Below are positions 28,696 through 40,930 of a stretch of DNA of 64,000 nucleotides, in pieces. The notes under the pieces are model-generated. The model searched no databases. It worked only from the letters and a program-made list of their open reading frames with translations, and was not told the DNA's origin. The position numbers and the translations under genes were made by a program. How positions within the stretch are numbered: position 1 is the stretch's first letter; the number at the start of each line of letters is the position of its first letter. Source of the DNA: Chrysomallon squamiferum (Eukaryota > Animalia > Mollusca); the NCBI GenBank assembly GCA_012295275.1, contig CM022670.1:41788001-41852000 (forward strand), read 5' to 3'.

Positions 28696-29219
28696 CAGTG
28701 GTACCTCGAGTTACGAGTGTTGCTTTAAGTCGAAATGTTGCTTTAAGCCGCGAGCAAAACTCCGAGTTACGAGCGAGCTTCAGATATACCGCAGCTAGTT
28801 GGCGCAACGAACAACATAACATCCGGCCAGCATCCCGCGTCTCACTCATTTACTTCACGTGGATACCTCGCCACGGAAGCATCTCTGTTGAGTTGTGCTC
28901 GCGTTTTTTACAGTATTTTGCCAAATTTCTTTATTTCTGGCCACGGATCGTAAGAAAGTGAGTGCAAAGGACAGTACTGAGAAGAAGAAGCTTCAATTCA
29001 TAGAAAAACATGAGCAAGGTGTGCATGTAGTCGAACTGGCTAGGCAGTACGAGCGTAGAACTTCTACGATATGTACCATGCTGAAGCTAAAGGAGTCGAT
29101 AAAGCCAGTAACTCCAGCCAAAGGCGTTAAAATAATGTGTGTGCTCTCCAAGATAAAACCAGTTTATTTTTTTACATTCTGTTTTATTTTGTTTTTATAC
29201 AATATTTGTCATTTATGAA

Positions 29220-29250
<31 letters not shown>

Positions 29251-29423
29251 AACAGGTTACAAAAAAAAAAAAGAAAAAAAAAAAAATGGTGGTTTTCGAG
29301 GGCTATAACGGATTAATGGTATTTCAATTAATTTCAGTTGGGAAAATTGATTTGATATATGAGCAAATTGAGATAAGAGCTTGGTCACAGAACGAATTAA
29401 ACTCGTAAGTTAAGGTACCACTG
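28696..29423 (+). mobile_element. Non-autonomous Tigger/pogo-family (Tc1/mariner superfamily) DNA transposon, 728 bp
   Basis: TIRs CAGTGGTACCTcgagTTACGAGT ... ACTCGTAAgttaAGGTACCACTG, flanked by TA on both sides. Internal remnant KKKLQFIEKHEQGVHVVELARQYERRTSTICTMLK resembles the CENP-B/psq HTH of pogo/Tigger transposases. No DDE domain. Confidence 0.88.
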
Positions 29424-29811
29424 TATTTTGTTGTTATTATGTAACAAGTGATGTTAGATTACTCAAAACAATAAAATAATGAATTACAAAGACTGTATTT
29501 TGTATTAAATCATTTATACGCCCCATCATAATCGTGTACCTGTAAATATTTGTCAAATAAACGTCTATTCGTAAGCGAACCCGTGTAAGTAGGTCATCTG
29601 ATGTTGTTTAAAAGTTGAAACAGAAATTTGATGTAAGAGAAAAACAACAAAACCTGCGCTGATCCGAGACGTGAAACTGGAAGCTGCGCGAAGCGAGCAG
29701 TTTACTCGAACGAGAGTATCGATTGTAGCGGTTTAGACAGCGATGTTAGTTTCCAAGGTAGCAAACATCCGAGTAGTGTACCCGGTCAGTGCGTGTGTCA
29801 GTGTGTGAATA

Positions 29812-32800
29812 ATGGCGGCGTTGTACTGCAGGACAGGTGGAAGGTTCTCAGGGTGTGTGCGGTTGTGTTTGTGCTGGGACTTGTCATCTACCAGCTCATG
29901 TTACACATGTCAAAACCTCGGGTAAGTTTATCAAATACATTCAAACTTAGTGAAAATAGTGAAAATAAAACAGACGGCATAGCTAAAATGAATTTGTATA
30001 CTTCCATATTGGATTTTGTTGCAAGAAACCAGTCTTTGCTGACAATGAAGTACGCGAACAGTATTGTAGCCATGGATTGTCGTTTTTAGTATTTCTCTAT
30101 CATTTATAACGATTATTACTTTTTTTAAATTTTGTATTTTACATTTTCTGTGAATTCGCAAGAAAGAGCAGAAATTAAAAAAAAAAAAAAAAAAAAAAAA
30201 ACAAGGAAACAACCAGCAACCAATGATTGCCGAGGATGTATTTGTATCATTAAAAATAAAACCATTTACTTAGAAGTAAAAGTACTTTTACGCTAATTAA
30301 CCACGCTTGTACTAAAAATCTAATAAAATAATAATAAAAGCAAGCATCTGGAATTATAAAATAATTTATACTTTTAGCATTTGCTAAAAATAAACTTTAA
30401 TTGTGGTTCAGTATGTATCGAGTGTCATTAATAGTTTTTTCATTAATTTTACAGAATTTATAATTCTCTTTCTTACTATTATTATTTTTTTTTCGTTTAT
30501 TCATTTTTACTTTATTCTGATCTTAAATAATAAATAAATAAATATATACGTATGTACAGAAATAAAATTAAAATCTTACAAAAAACCTTTACTTCATAAA
30601 AAAGATATATCTATACTTTAAAGTAGGGCGCAGAACTTACATACTGTGGGTGGGGTTTGACAGACACGCACAGAGTGAGTATGTTAAACATATAAATCTA
30701 ACAAATATGTTTGGTTCACTAGTACTGGTAAATTAGTGTGGATTTGATAATTTATCATAATGTATGAAAAAAAATACGTGTTCAAAAACGTTGGGTGGAT
30801 AAAAGGAAGTCACTGTATATCACATGACTTTTTAAACATTAAAAATTAACATTGCCGATATCTACACTAATGCATTATTAAACTCGTATTCATGTTTTGT
30901 CAATGATAATTGCTTAACGATTTTATTTTACATGCAGACATTCTTTCGTGAAGGTTTTCTATATGTCAGCCATTAACGTTCCGTTTTCTATATACCAGCT
31001 ACAGTTTTGTACGTTTTATATATACCAGCTACAGTTTTGTACGTTTTCTATATACCAGCTACAGTTTTGTACGTTTTCTATATACCAGCTACAGTTTTGT
31101 ACGTTTTCTATATACCAGCTACAGTTTTGTACGTTTTCTATATACCAGCTACAGTTTTGTACGTTTTGTATATGTCAGCCATTAACGTTTTCTATATACC
31201 AGCTACAGTTTTGAACGTTTTGTATATGTCAGCCATTAACGTTTTCTATATACCAGCTACAGTTTTGTACGTTTTCTATATACCAGCTACAGTTTTGTAC
31301 GTTTTGTATATGTCAGCCATTAACGTTTTCTATATACAGTTTTTGAACGTTTTGTATATGTCAGCCATTAACGTTTTCTATATACCAGCTACAGTTTTGA
31401 ACGTTTTCTATATATCAACCATTAACGTTTTCTATATTTTTTGTACGTACATTTTGATATATATATATATATATATATATTGTATTTTGAACGTTTTGTA
31501 TTTATATACCAGCTACAGATATGCAACCATTAACGTTCCGTTTTCTGTATGTGTTTTGAACGTTTTCTATGTTTATTTTGTAGATAATATATATATATAT
31601 ATTGTTGATTTATTAGGTTTTTGTATGTTTTCTAGATAATAACTGCTGATATTGGGTTTTGTATGTTTTCTAGATAATAACTGCTGATATTGGGTTTTGT
31701 GTGTTTTCTAGATAATAACTGCTGATATTGGGTTTTGTGTGTTTTCTAGATAATAACTGCTGATATAGGGTTTTGTGTGTTTTCTAGATAATAACTACTG
31801 ATATTGGGTTTTGTATGTTTTCTAGATAATAACTACTGATGTGTTTGTATGTTTTCTAGATAATAACTGCTGATATTGGGTTTTGTATGTTTTCTAGATA
31901 ATAACTGCTGATATTGGATTTTCTGTGTTTTCTAGATAATAACTGCTGATATTGGGTTTTGTGTGTTTTCTAGATAATAACTGATGATATTGGGTTTTGT
32001 ATGTTTTCTAGACAGCAACTACTAACTTTGTTTTCTATGTTTTATCGATAACAACTACTGACGTAGTATATTGTATGTTTTGTAGACAACTACTGATGTA
32101 GTGTTTTTTTTATTTTTACAGACAGCAACTACTGACGTTTTTGTAGATTGTGAGACAAATTTCACTTCTAAGGAAGGAGCTGTTTTCATCCCTGAAGAAT
32201 CAGTTCTTACAAAACTTCGACATTTCGATCTCGTCTGTTTGTATCACAGGTAAGTCAGGATTATCCAAAAATTCAGGAATATTTACATCACAAATTCAGG
32301 AATATTTACATCACAAAGACAGGAATATTTACACCACAAAGACAGGAATATTTACATCACAAAAACAGGAATATTTACATCAGTTAACAGAGATACATGT
32401 TCAGTGTACAAAGTGTTAATGTAATTATCATACACATCATACAAACAGCATTATTGATTTGTTATCTAATTTCCTGTAAACACTGCACATAATAATTTTA
32501 TTCCATGTTTTATTCCATGTTTATATAGAGTTTATATAATTAGTAATCGTATACATATCCTTAGCACATATATTATATATAACAACCATTGATGTATTTT
32601 TAGCTGTACCACGTAGATGTATTGTATAACAAATTATGTGCATTTTAAATATAACTAATGGTGTATCAATGGTGTAGTTTTCAGATGTGTCTCATATATA
32701 TATTTATTTATATATATATATATAAAACAAATTAATGATGTATATTTCAGATATGTCACAAACATACAGACAGTGTGTCACAGAAAGGAGAGACTGGGGG

Positions 32801-34100
32801 GATTAGATCATGGTGGGTGGGATATTTGTGTGGACTCTGATAATCCCCTGAAACCGTCGTGCCTTGTGTATTCATTAGGGTAAGTAATTAGTTGAAAATG
32901 TACGAAACAGATGAATATGAAAATACTGCGTATTTCTGTATACTGAGCGTTTCACATATAATTTAATATTATCTTGTAATATGTTTTGTTGCAAAGGCTT
33001 AACCCGATTACTACAAACGTACAAAATGTTGGTAATATGACTAATCCTATGTTTATTATTCCAGTTTCATTTCGAAGCTCAAAGGGAAAGCGATTATGAA
33101 CTCAGTCTATATATAACGTGCATGAGTAAAATCTATACACGCTTTTCAGATTTTGAAAGCTTTGAATAAATGGATTACGTAATATGTTAAGATGATTAGC
33201 GAAGAATATATATAAATATCTCGAATGAAATACTTAATCTGACCTTTTATCTGAATAAATGAGAAAGAGAGAGAGAGAGAGAGTGTGTGTGTGTGTGTGT
33301 GTGTGTTAATAAATTAAAAATAAAACCATATAATGCAACCAACCAAACAAACCAGTACATAAATAAATATATAAATTTACTTACAGAGATCTTTATTTTA
33401 TATTTAACAATTACTTTAGTTTATTAAGATCCTCACACAAATTAAAAACAGTTTGGAATTTTTTTTTTCTTCTGAACATTACAATCATTGTTAAACTGAA
33501 CAAGACAGCTCTTTATATTTAGTGATAATTAATTAATAAGACATGCAAATAATTACGCTTATTTATTAAGATCTTTAACGAAAAAAATGTTGAACGTTGC
33601 AAATAGTCTATTTTCAAAGTCGAGACACCTGGTTGAGTTGTTTGACTTCAGTTTTATAACCGTGTTTAACATGTATAACTTCAGCTTTGCGCAGTGGCGA
33701 TACCGTAGCCAGTGAGGTTTATCCGAGGCGTGGTTATTGCTATTTGAAAACTATTCCCAATACCCAGAACGGACGCCCTTCATTGGGCGATAAGTTCAAT
33801 TTTTGATAGCCCCTACGGGGGCAAATACACAAAATAAAAATAGTTTAGATTTAGTTTCTTAACAGAATTTTGTCTCCTTTTTTTTCATGAAGATGTTGTA
33901 AACTGTAATCAGTTTATTTAAATGGTGACGTTGCCTGAAGATAACAATCACTGTGAAACTGAACAATGCATTTATCTATATATAATGAAAAATTAAAAGA
34001 TAATAAGAGAGGCAAATAAATAAATAAATACAAGGAAGGAAGGAAGCAACCAACAAGCTAACCAACCAAAGAAACAACAACAACAACAAAATAATAATAA

Positions 34101-34168
<68 letters not shown>

Positions 34169-36216
34169 TAAATAAATAAATAAATAAAAATAAAAACAGT
34201 TCTCAGTTAAAGTTAGAGTAATCTTTATTTGCTTTATATTTAACAATTACGCTTATTTATTAAGATCCTTAACGAAAAAAATGTTGAACGTTGCAAATGG
34301 TCTAGTTTCAAAGTCGAGACACCTGGTTGAGTTGTTTGACATCAGTTTTATAACCGTGTTTAACATGCGTAACTTCAGCTTTGCGCAGTGGCGATACCGT
34401 AGCCAGTGAGGTTTATCCGAGGCGTGGTTATTGCTATTTGAAAACTATTCCCAATACCCAGAACGGACGCCCTTCATTGGGCGGCAAGTTCAATTTTTGA
34501 TAGCCTCTACGGGGGCAAATGCACAAAATAAAAATAGTTTCGGTTTATTTTTGTAAATATCTTATTGTATCCTTTTTTTTTTCATGAAGCTGTTGTAAAG
34601 TATAATCACTTTATTTAAATGGTGACCTTTCCTGAAGATAACAATTTTTGATAGCGGGGGCAAATAAAATACATTTTTCATCTTTTATCTTTACGAAGAG
34701 AATGCCAAACATTTGTTATTGTCTTGATGAGTGAATTTCTTCTCAGTGAAGTAAAGGACGATTGGGATCAGTTATAAACATATAACAGTTGTTTTTGATA
34801 CACTAATACACTTTTATTATAAGGTAGACTCTGAGGCAATATATTTATAATAATGATGAATCTGAAATTCTGTATTAATCCACTTTACTACACATTAACA
34901 AGGATACTATTAACACTATGTGTATAATAATGGCTGCATGTAAAATCCATCACATTTTTTAAAAATACACCATATTTATATAGTTTTTCTCTTTTTTCTT
35001 CCTTCTTTTCCATTAGAATCAACTTCAACTTTTTATTCGACGACTCTATAGCGAGTAAATATTTGTGTGAAGTTCATTCCTTTGATCCAAGGTAGGTATA
35101 TGTTTACATGCTATATGTATATTTTTGTGTGTGTTTATGTATGTGTGTGTGTGTGTTTATTTATGTATGTATATGTAGGTAGGTTTCTGTATTCATATGT
35201 GTTTGTGTGTGTGTATCTACCTATCTATATATAAACGTGTATGTATGTATGTATGTATGTATATTTATGTATATATGTATGTAAAATACTCATGTACGTA
35301 TGGTTACATTTTCGTTATATTTATTATATATGTATGTAGATGTCTTTATACATATTTATGTATATTAGTAGGTACAAATGTTTTGTTTGACAGTATCAGT
35401 TTTCAAGAACATGATCGCTCAATATTATTACACTAATTTGTGAACTGATATACTGATTTGACGTTTTGACAGTATGGGCTTAGAAGAACATGATCATGCC
35501 GCACGTGTACATTTCCATCCAGTGGCCATCTCCAACGTAACGAAAATCAACAGAAAAGGGAGAAAACATATTACACTAGAAGGCGCTAGAACAATTCTTG
35601 ATCACGAACAGGTATGACATATATATACCTCAACTTATAAATATATTTAGAATCTATAGCATATGTAAACGTATGTCAATAACTATACAGTTACACCTAC
35701 ATAAACATATGCTTATAGTCCCATCTTGATACGTTTGTTATCCGTATATATATTTTTTCGTTGGTATTAATTGAAACAAATGTCGTTAACTTTTACAAAT
35801 GTAGTTAGGTGCTAAGTCATATGACTACCTATGACGCTAATAAAATCGGCGTATTTTGTTTTCAGAGAACTATAGACGTAATGAAGATGGATGTCGGTGG
35901 TGTCGAGTGGCCTGTGTTGGACTACGTTGCTCAGACTGCTGGGATCGTGTCGCAGATCGTGGTCGAGCTGCACGACTTCAAACTGATAAACGGCGAGAAG
36001 AAAGAGGGCCACAGCAGCAGAAGTGATTACGTAGCAAAACTTGATGTTCTCAGAAAACTGCACGACGCTGGCTTCAGAATATTTCACAGTGAACCAGATT
36101 TGGCTTGCAGGTTCCGTTCTGTGTACGGGCCTGACTGGAGCAATTGTTACAAAGTGTCTATGGTCAAACATCAGGAAACAAAAACAAATGGCTTTTTGTC
36201 TGGCTGGTTAAACTGA
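29812..36216 (+). CDS. METTL24: Methyltransferase-like protein 24 family (FkbM-like fold), type II membrane/secreted, 6 exons
   Basis: Exons ~29812-29921, 32122-32249, 32751-32879, 35017-35091, 35473-35611, 35866-36216. Motifs GGWDIC, CLVYSLGINFNFLFD, CEVHSFDPS, IDVMKMDVGGVEW, QIVVELH, GFRIFH. N-terminal hydrophobic anchor. The ATG at 29812 is one base out of frame with the anchor. The family is often multi-copy in invertebrates, so orthology is not certain. Confidence 0.82.
30950..31570. repeat. 30-bp minisatellite with interspersed variant unit, METTL24 intron 1
   Basis: ttttctatataccagctacagttttgtacg repeated, interleaved with tatatgtcagccattaacg units. Confidence 0.9.
31612..32140 (+). 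repeat. 38-bp minisatellite (~11 close copies plus diverged ones) made of the METTL24 exon 2 acceptor and exon start
   Basis: Unit ggttttgt(a/g)tgttttctag|ataataactgctgatattg grades into ttctag|acagcaactact and finally the real tttacag|acagcaactactgac at 32122. Confidence 0.88.
32255..32382 (+). repeat. 23-bp repeat (~5 copies) directly after the METTL24 exon 2 donor
   Basis: caggaatatttacatcacaaa(ga/tt) units. Confidence 0.85.
33683..33822 (+). ncRNA. RNU4: U4 spliceosomal snRNA, copy 1 (METTL24 intron 3)
   Basis: 5' AGCTTTGCGCAGTGGC (U6 stem II), k-turn stem-loop GCCAGTGAGG..CCGAGGC, TGCTA..TTGAAAACT (stem I), Sm site AATTTTTG, terminal hairpin GCCCCTACGGGGGC; colinear with known metazoan U4. 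Confidence 0.95.
34377..34516 (+). ncRNA. RNU4: U4 snRNA, copy 2 (METTL24 intron 3)
   Basis: Same sequence; variants gggcggcaag and gcctctacggggg. Confidence 0.93.
34642..34661 (+). pseudogene. Relic 3' fragment of a U4 copy
   Basis: caatttttgatagc-gggggc followed by aaata matches the U4 Sm site and terminal hairpin lacking ccctac. Confidence 0.6.
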
Positions 36217-36390
36217 TGCATCATGGGAATCGGGGAACAAAACGTTTATTTGCTAAACTGAATGTTGTATCACAGAAAGTGTGTCAAGCTCGTTGACTGA
36301 CTAGAAATTTAAAACCTGTCTTAATCGTTTGTAAACCAATAAACATTTCAATCACGTACATGCTCTCCAAGAATAAGTTTTGAAAAGGAA

Positions 36391-36424
<34 letters not shown>

Positions 36425-36457
36425 GTAGAATAAACATAAAATAAGAGAAAAGAAGAA

Positions 36458-36494
<37 letters not shown>

Positions 36495-36693
36495 GACAAC
36501 AAACAAACAAATAAATATAGACTGTAATGAAATGGTGGTAGATTTTCTCACAAATATTTACTGTTACTGTTGCTTTGTTTTTATGCCATTCTGAATCCAT
36601 TTATCGTCTTTTATACTTTTTCATATTGACACAAGCTCAGTTTAAAATATTTACATTTTATTTTCGTCTATTCTGATTTTAGTTTTTTCGTAA

Positions 36694-36728
<35 letters not shown>

Positions 36729-37752
36729 GTTGTTGTTGTTGTGGATTCTTATTTATTTACCAAGTAGATTTCTGTTTTGTTTTGTTTTTTGATATCTCTC
36801 CTATGTGTCTGTTTGTTTTTGTTTTTGCTAATCAGTTGTTTTATTATCACTTACTTTCTTACTCATATATTTTTTATTTTTTCTTTCTTTCTTTATAGTC
36901 TTAAAACATTTTTAGTGGGAAGCTCACAACATCCAGCTCTTAAATGTCACCAGCCGATCGATCAGTTAATCAGTCAATAAGAAAACCAGTATGTCTGTCT
37001 ATCTGTCTATCTGTCAGTCTATCTATCTATCTATTATTATTATTATTATTCATAATACTGTTATACATAAATTCATAGACAGCATTAATTATAATATTAA
37101 TTGAAATCAGCTGGACGAAAAATGACCTCTAGTCTCGTGCATACATTTCACGAAACAGTCAGCCTATGAGTGTATAAATATGTTATTTTTGGATACTGAA
37201 TAAACTTTATTTTTTTAACTGAACATTTTTACTGGTTTATGATCTGTTTCCAGCTGTTGTAAAGCGTAGTCAGTTTTTCAAATGTTGACAGAAGGTTGTA
37301 GCAAACGCTGTTAAATTGAACAAGGCAACGATAATAAACAAACAAACAAACAAACAAACAAAACAAACAAACAAACAAACAAACAAATAATCAAACAAAC
37401 AAACAAATTAATTAATTAATAAAAATCAATAATTCAATAAGCCAGCAGGCAAGCACACAATCAAAGTAAAAAAATAAAAATAAAAAATAAAAATATATAA
37501 TAAAAAAAATAAAAAAAATAAAGAAAAAAACGAATAAAGACATTTACAAACAAACAAATAAATAAGTAAATAAATTGAAGCCTTCATAATCTCTATCTAC
37601 TTCACATGTAAATATTGATTTGTTTTTAGTTCAAATAAAGAAAACTGAGAAACGAAATATGTACGTTTTGTCTAATGTGTTCACAAATTCCAGACATCGA
37701 GGTTGAGTTGTTTGACATCAGTTTTATAACTGTGTTTAACATGTGTAACTTC

Positions 37753-37892
37753 AGCATTGCGCAGTGGCGATACCGTAGCCAGTGAGGTTTATCCGAGGCG
37801 TGGTTATTGCTATTTGAAAACTATTCCCAATACCCAGAACGGACGCCCTTCATTGGGCGGCAAGTTCAATTTTTGATAGCCCCTACGGGGGC
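37753..37892 (+). ncRNA. RNU4: U4 snRNA, copy 3 (variant, array edge)
   Basis: Starts AGCATTG (T4A); upstream sequence diverges beyond about -50. Confidence 0.85.
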
Positions 37893-38245
37893 AAATACAC
37901 AAAATAAAAAAAGTTTAGATTTAACTTTTTAACAATGTTTTCTCATCTTTCTTCATGAAGATGTTGTAAACTGAAATCAGTTTATTTAAATGCTGACGCT
38001 GCCTGAAGATGACAATCACTGTGGAACTGAACAATGCATTTACCTATATATATTGAGAAATGAAAAGATAATAAGAGATGTAAATAAATAAATAAATAAG
38101 CAAGGAAGGAAGGAAGCTACCAAAAACCTAACCAATTAAACAGACAACCAAAAAAATTGAAAAAAAAAAAATGAAAAAAAAAATCAATAATAATAATAAT
38201 AATAACAATAATAATAACAATAATAATTATAATAATGATAATAAT

Positions 38246-38308
<63 letters not shown>

Positions 38309-38439
38309 GTAATGATAATAATAAAAAAAAATAAATAAAAAAAAATAAAAACAGTTCTCAGTTAAAGTTAGAGTAATCTTTATTTGCTTTATATTTAACA
38401 ATTACGCTTATTTATTAAGATCGTTAACGAAAAAAATGT

Positions 38440-38531
38440 TGAACGTTGCAAATGGTCTATTTTCAAAGTCGAGACACCTGGTTGAGTTGTTTCACTTCAG
38501 TTTTATAACCGTGTTTAACATGCGTAACTTC
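38440..38531 (+). promoter_or_regulatory. Conserved U4 upstream promoter block (representative copy)
   Basis: aacgttgcaaatggtcta.tttcaaagtcgagacacctggttgagttgttt.acttcagttttataaccgtgtttaacatg.gtaacttc is near-identical before 17 of 18 copies and spans the position where snRNA PSE elements lie. Confidence 0.65.
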
Positions 38532-38671
38532 AGCTTTGCGCAGTGGCGATACCGTAGCCAGTGAGGTTTATCCGAGGCGTGGTTATTGCTATTTGAAAAC
38601 TATTCCCAATACCCAGAACGGACGCCCTTCATTGGGCGATAAGTTCAATTTTTGATAGCCCCTACGGGGGC
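38532..38671 (+). ncRNA. RNU4: U4 snRNA, copy 4
   Basis: Consensus copy. Confidence 0.95.
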
Positions 38672-39050
38672 AAAAACACAAAATAAAAATAGGTTAGATT
38701 TAATTTCTTAACAATGTTTTTGTCATCTTTTTTCATGAGGATGTTGTAAACTGAAATCAGTTTATTTAAATGGTGACGTTGTCTGAAGATAACAATCACT
38801 GTTAAACTGAACAAGGCATTTATCTATATATAATGATAATTAAATAGGTATAACATATGAAAATGAATAAATAGGTATACGATATGTAAATGAATAAATA
38901 GGTATACGATATGTAAATGAATAAATAAGTAAATGAATAAATAAAGAAATAAAGAAAGAAAGACAGAAAGAAAGAAAGAAGAAAGGAAGGGAGCAACCAA
39001 CAAGCTAACTTATCAACCAAGCAATCAAACAGATAATAACAAAAAAATAA

Positions 39051-39089
<39 letters not shown>

Positions 39090-39277
39090 AAATAAAAATA
39101 GGTCTCTGTTAATGTTAGAGTGATCTTCATTTTCTTTATATTTAAGGATTACGCTAATGTATTAAGATCCTTACAGAAAAAGGTTTGAACGTTGCAAATG
39201 GTCTAGTTTCAAAGTCGAGACACCTGGTTGAGTTGTTTCACTTCAGTTTTATAACCGTGTTTAACATGCGTAACTTC

Positions 39278-39417
39278 AGCTTTGCGCAGTGGCGATACCG
39301 TAGCCAGTGAGGTTTATCCGAGGCGTGGTTATTGCTATTTGAAAACTATTCCCAATACCCAGAACGGACGCCCTTCATTGGGCGATAAGTTCAATTTTTG
39401 ATAGCCCGTACGGGGGC
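39278..39417 (+). ncRNA. RNU4: U4 snRNA, copy 5
   Basis: Consensus except terminal hairpin gcccgtacggggg. Confidence 0.93.
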
Positions 39418-39713
39418 AAATACACAAAATAAAAGTAGTTTAGATTTCATTATTTTTAGCAATGTTTTGATTGCTTTTTTTCACGAAGCTGTTGTAAACT
39501 GTAATCAGTTTATTTAAATGGTGACGCTGCCTGAAGATAACAATCACTGTGGAAATGAACAATGTATTTATCTATATATATTGTGAAATGGAAAGATAAT
39601 AAGAGATGTAAATAAATAAATAAATAAGCAAGGAAGGAAGGAAGCAACCAACAACTTAACCAACTTAACAGACAACAAAAAAATTGAAAAAAAAAAAAAA
39701 AAATAATAAAAAC

Positions 39714-39805
<92 letters not shown>

Positions 39806-40022
39806 TAATAATAAAAATAAATAAATAAATAAAAATAAAAACAGTTCTCAGTTAAAGTTAGAGTAATCTTTATTTGCTTTATATTTAACAATTACGCTTA
39901 TTTATTAAGATCGTTAACGAAAAAAAATGTTGAACGTTGCAAATGGTCTATTTTCAAAGTCGAGACACCTGGTTGAGTTGTTTGACTTCAGTTTTATAAC
40001 TGTGTTTAACATGCGTAACTTC

Positions 40023-40162
40023 AGCTTTGCGCAGTGGCGATACCGTAGCCAGTGAGGTTTATCCGAGGCGTGGTTATTGCTATTTGAAAACTATTCCCAA
40101 TACCCAGAACGGACGCCCTTCATTGGGCGATAAGTTCAATTTTTGATAGCCCCTACGGGGGC
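40023..40162 (+). ncRNA. RNU4: U4 snRNA, copy 6
   Basis: Consensus copy. Confidence 0.95.
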
Positions 40163-40527
40163 AAATACACAAAATAAAAGTAGTTTAGATTTCATTATTT
40201 TTAGCAATGTTTTCATTGCTTTTTTTCACGAAGCTGTTGTAAACTGTAATCAGTTTATTTAAATGGTGACGCTGCCTGAAGATAACAATCACTGTGGAAA
40301 TGAACAATGTATTTATCTATATATATTGTGAAATGGAAAGATAATAAGAGATGTAAATAAATAAATAAATAAGCAAGGAAGGAAGGAAGCAACCAACAAC
40401 TTAACCAACTTAACAGACAACAAAAAAAATTCAAAAAAAAAAAAAAAAAATGAAAAAAAAATCAATAATAAAAATAATAATAACAGTAATAATAATAATA
40501 ATAATAACAATAATAATTATAATAATG

Positions 40528-40565
<38 letters not shown>

Positions 40566-40791
40566 TAAAATAAAATAAAATAAAATAAAATAAATAAATA
40601 AAAAAAAAAACAGTTCTCAGTTAAAGTTAGAGTAATCTTTATTTGCTTTATATTTAACAATTACGCTTATTTATTAAGATCGTTAACGAAAAAAAATTTT
40701 GAACGTTGCAAATGGTCTATTTTCAAAGTCGAGACACCTGGTTGAGTTGTTTGACTTCAGTTTTATAACCGTGTTTAACATGCGTAACTTC

Positions 40792-40930
40792 AGCTTTGCG
40801 CAGTGGCGATACCGTAGCCAGTGAGGTTTATCCGAGGCGTGGTTATTGCTATTTGAAAACTATTCCCAATACCCAGAACGGACGCCCTTCATTGGGCGAT
40901 AAGTTCAATTTTTGATAGCCCCTACGGGGC
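40792..40930 (+). ncRNA. RNU4: U4 snRNA, copy 7
   Basis: One G fewer in the terminal run. Confidence 0.93.

Noticed and set aside
31007-31639. 210-aa hydrophobic repetitive ORF
   Set aside because: Translation of an intronic 30-bp minisatellite with no independent coding evidence.
38736-38790. C/D-box snoRNA-like pattern (ATGAGGA..CTGA..ATGGTGA..CTGA) in type B spacers
   Set aside because: Only ~52 nt with 6-9 nt guide regions, imperfect boxes, and boxes C and D' are lost in most type A units.
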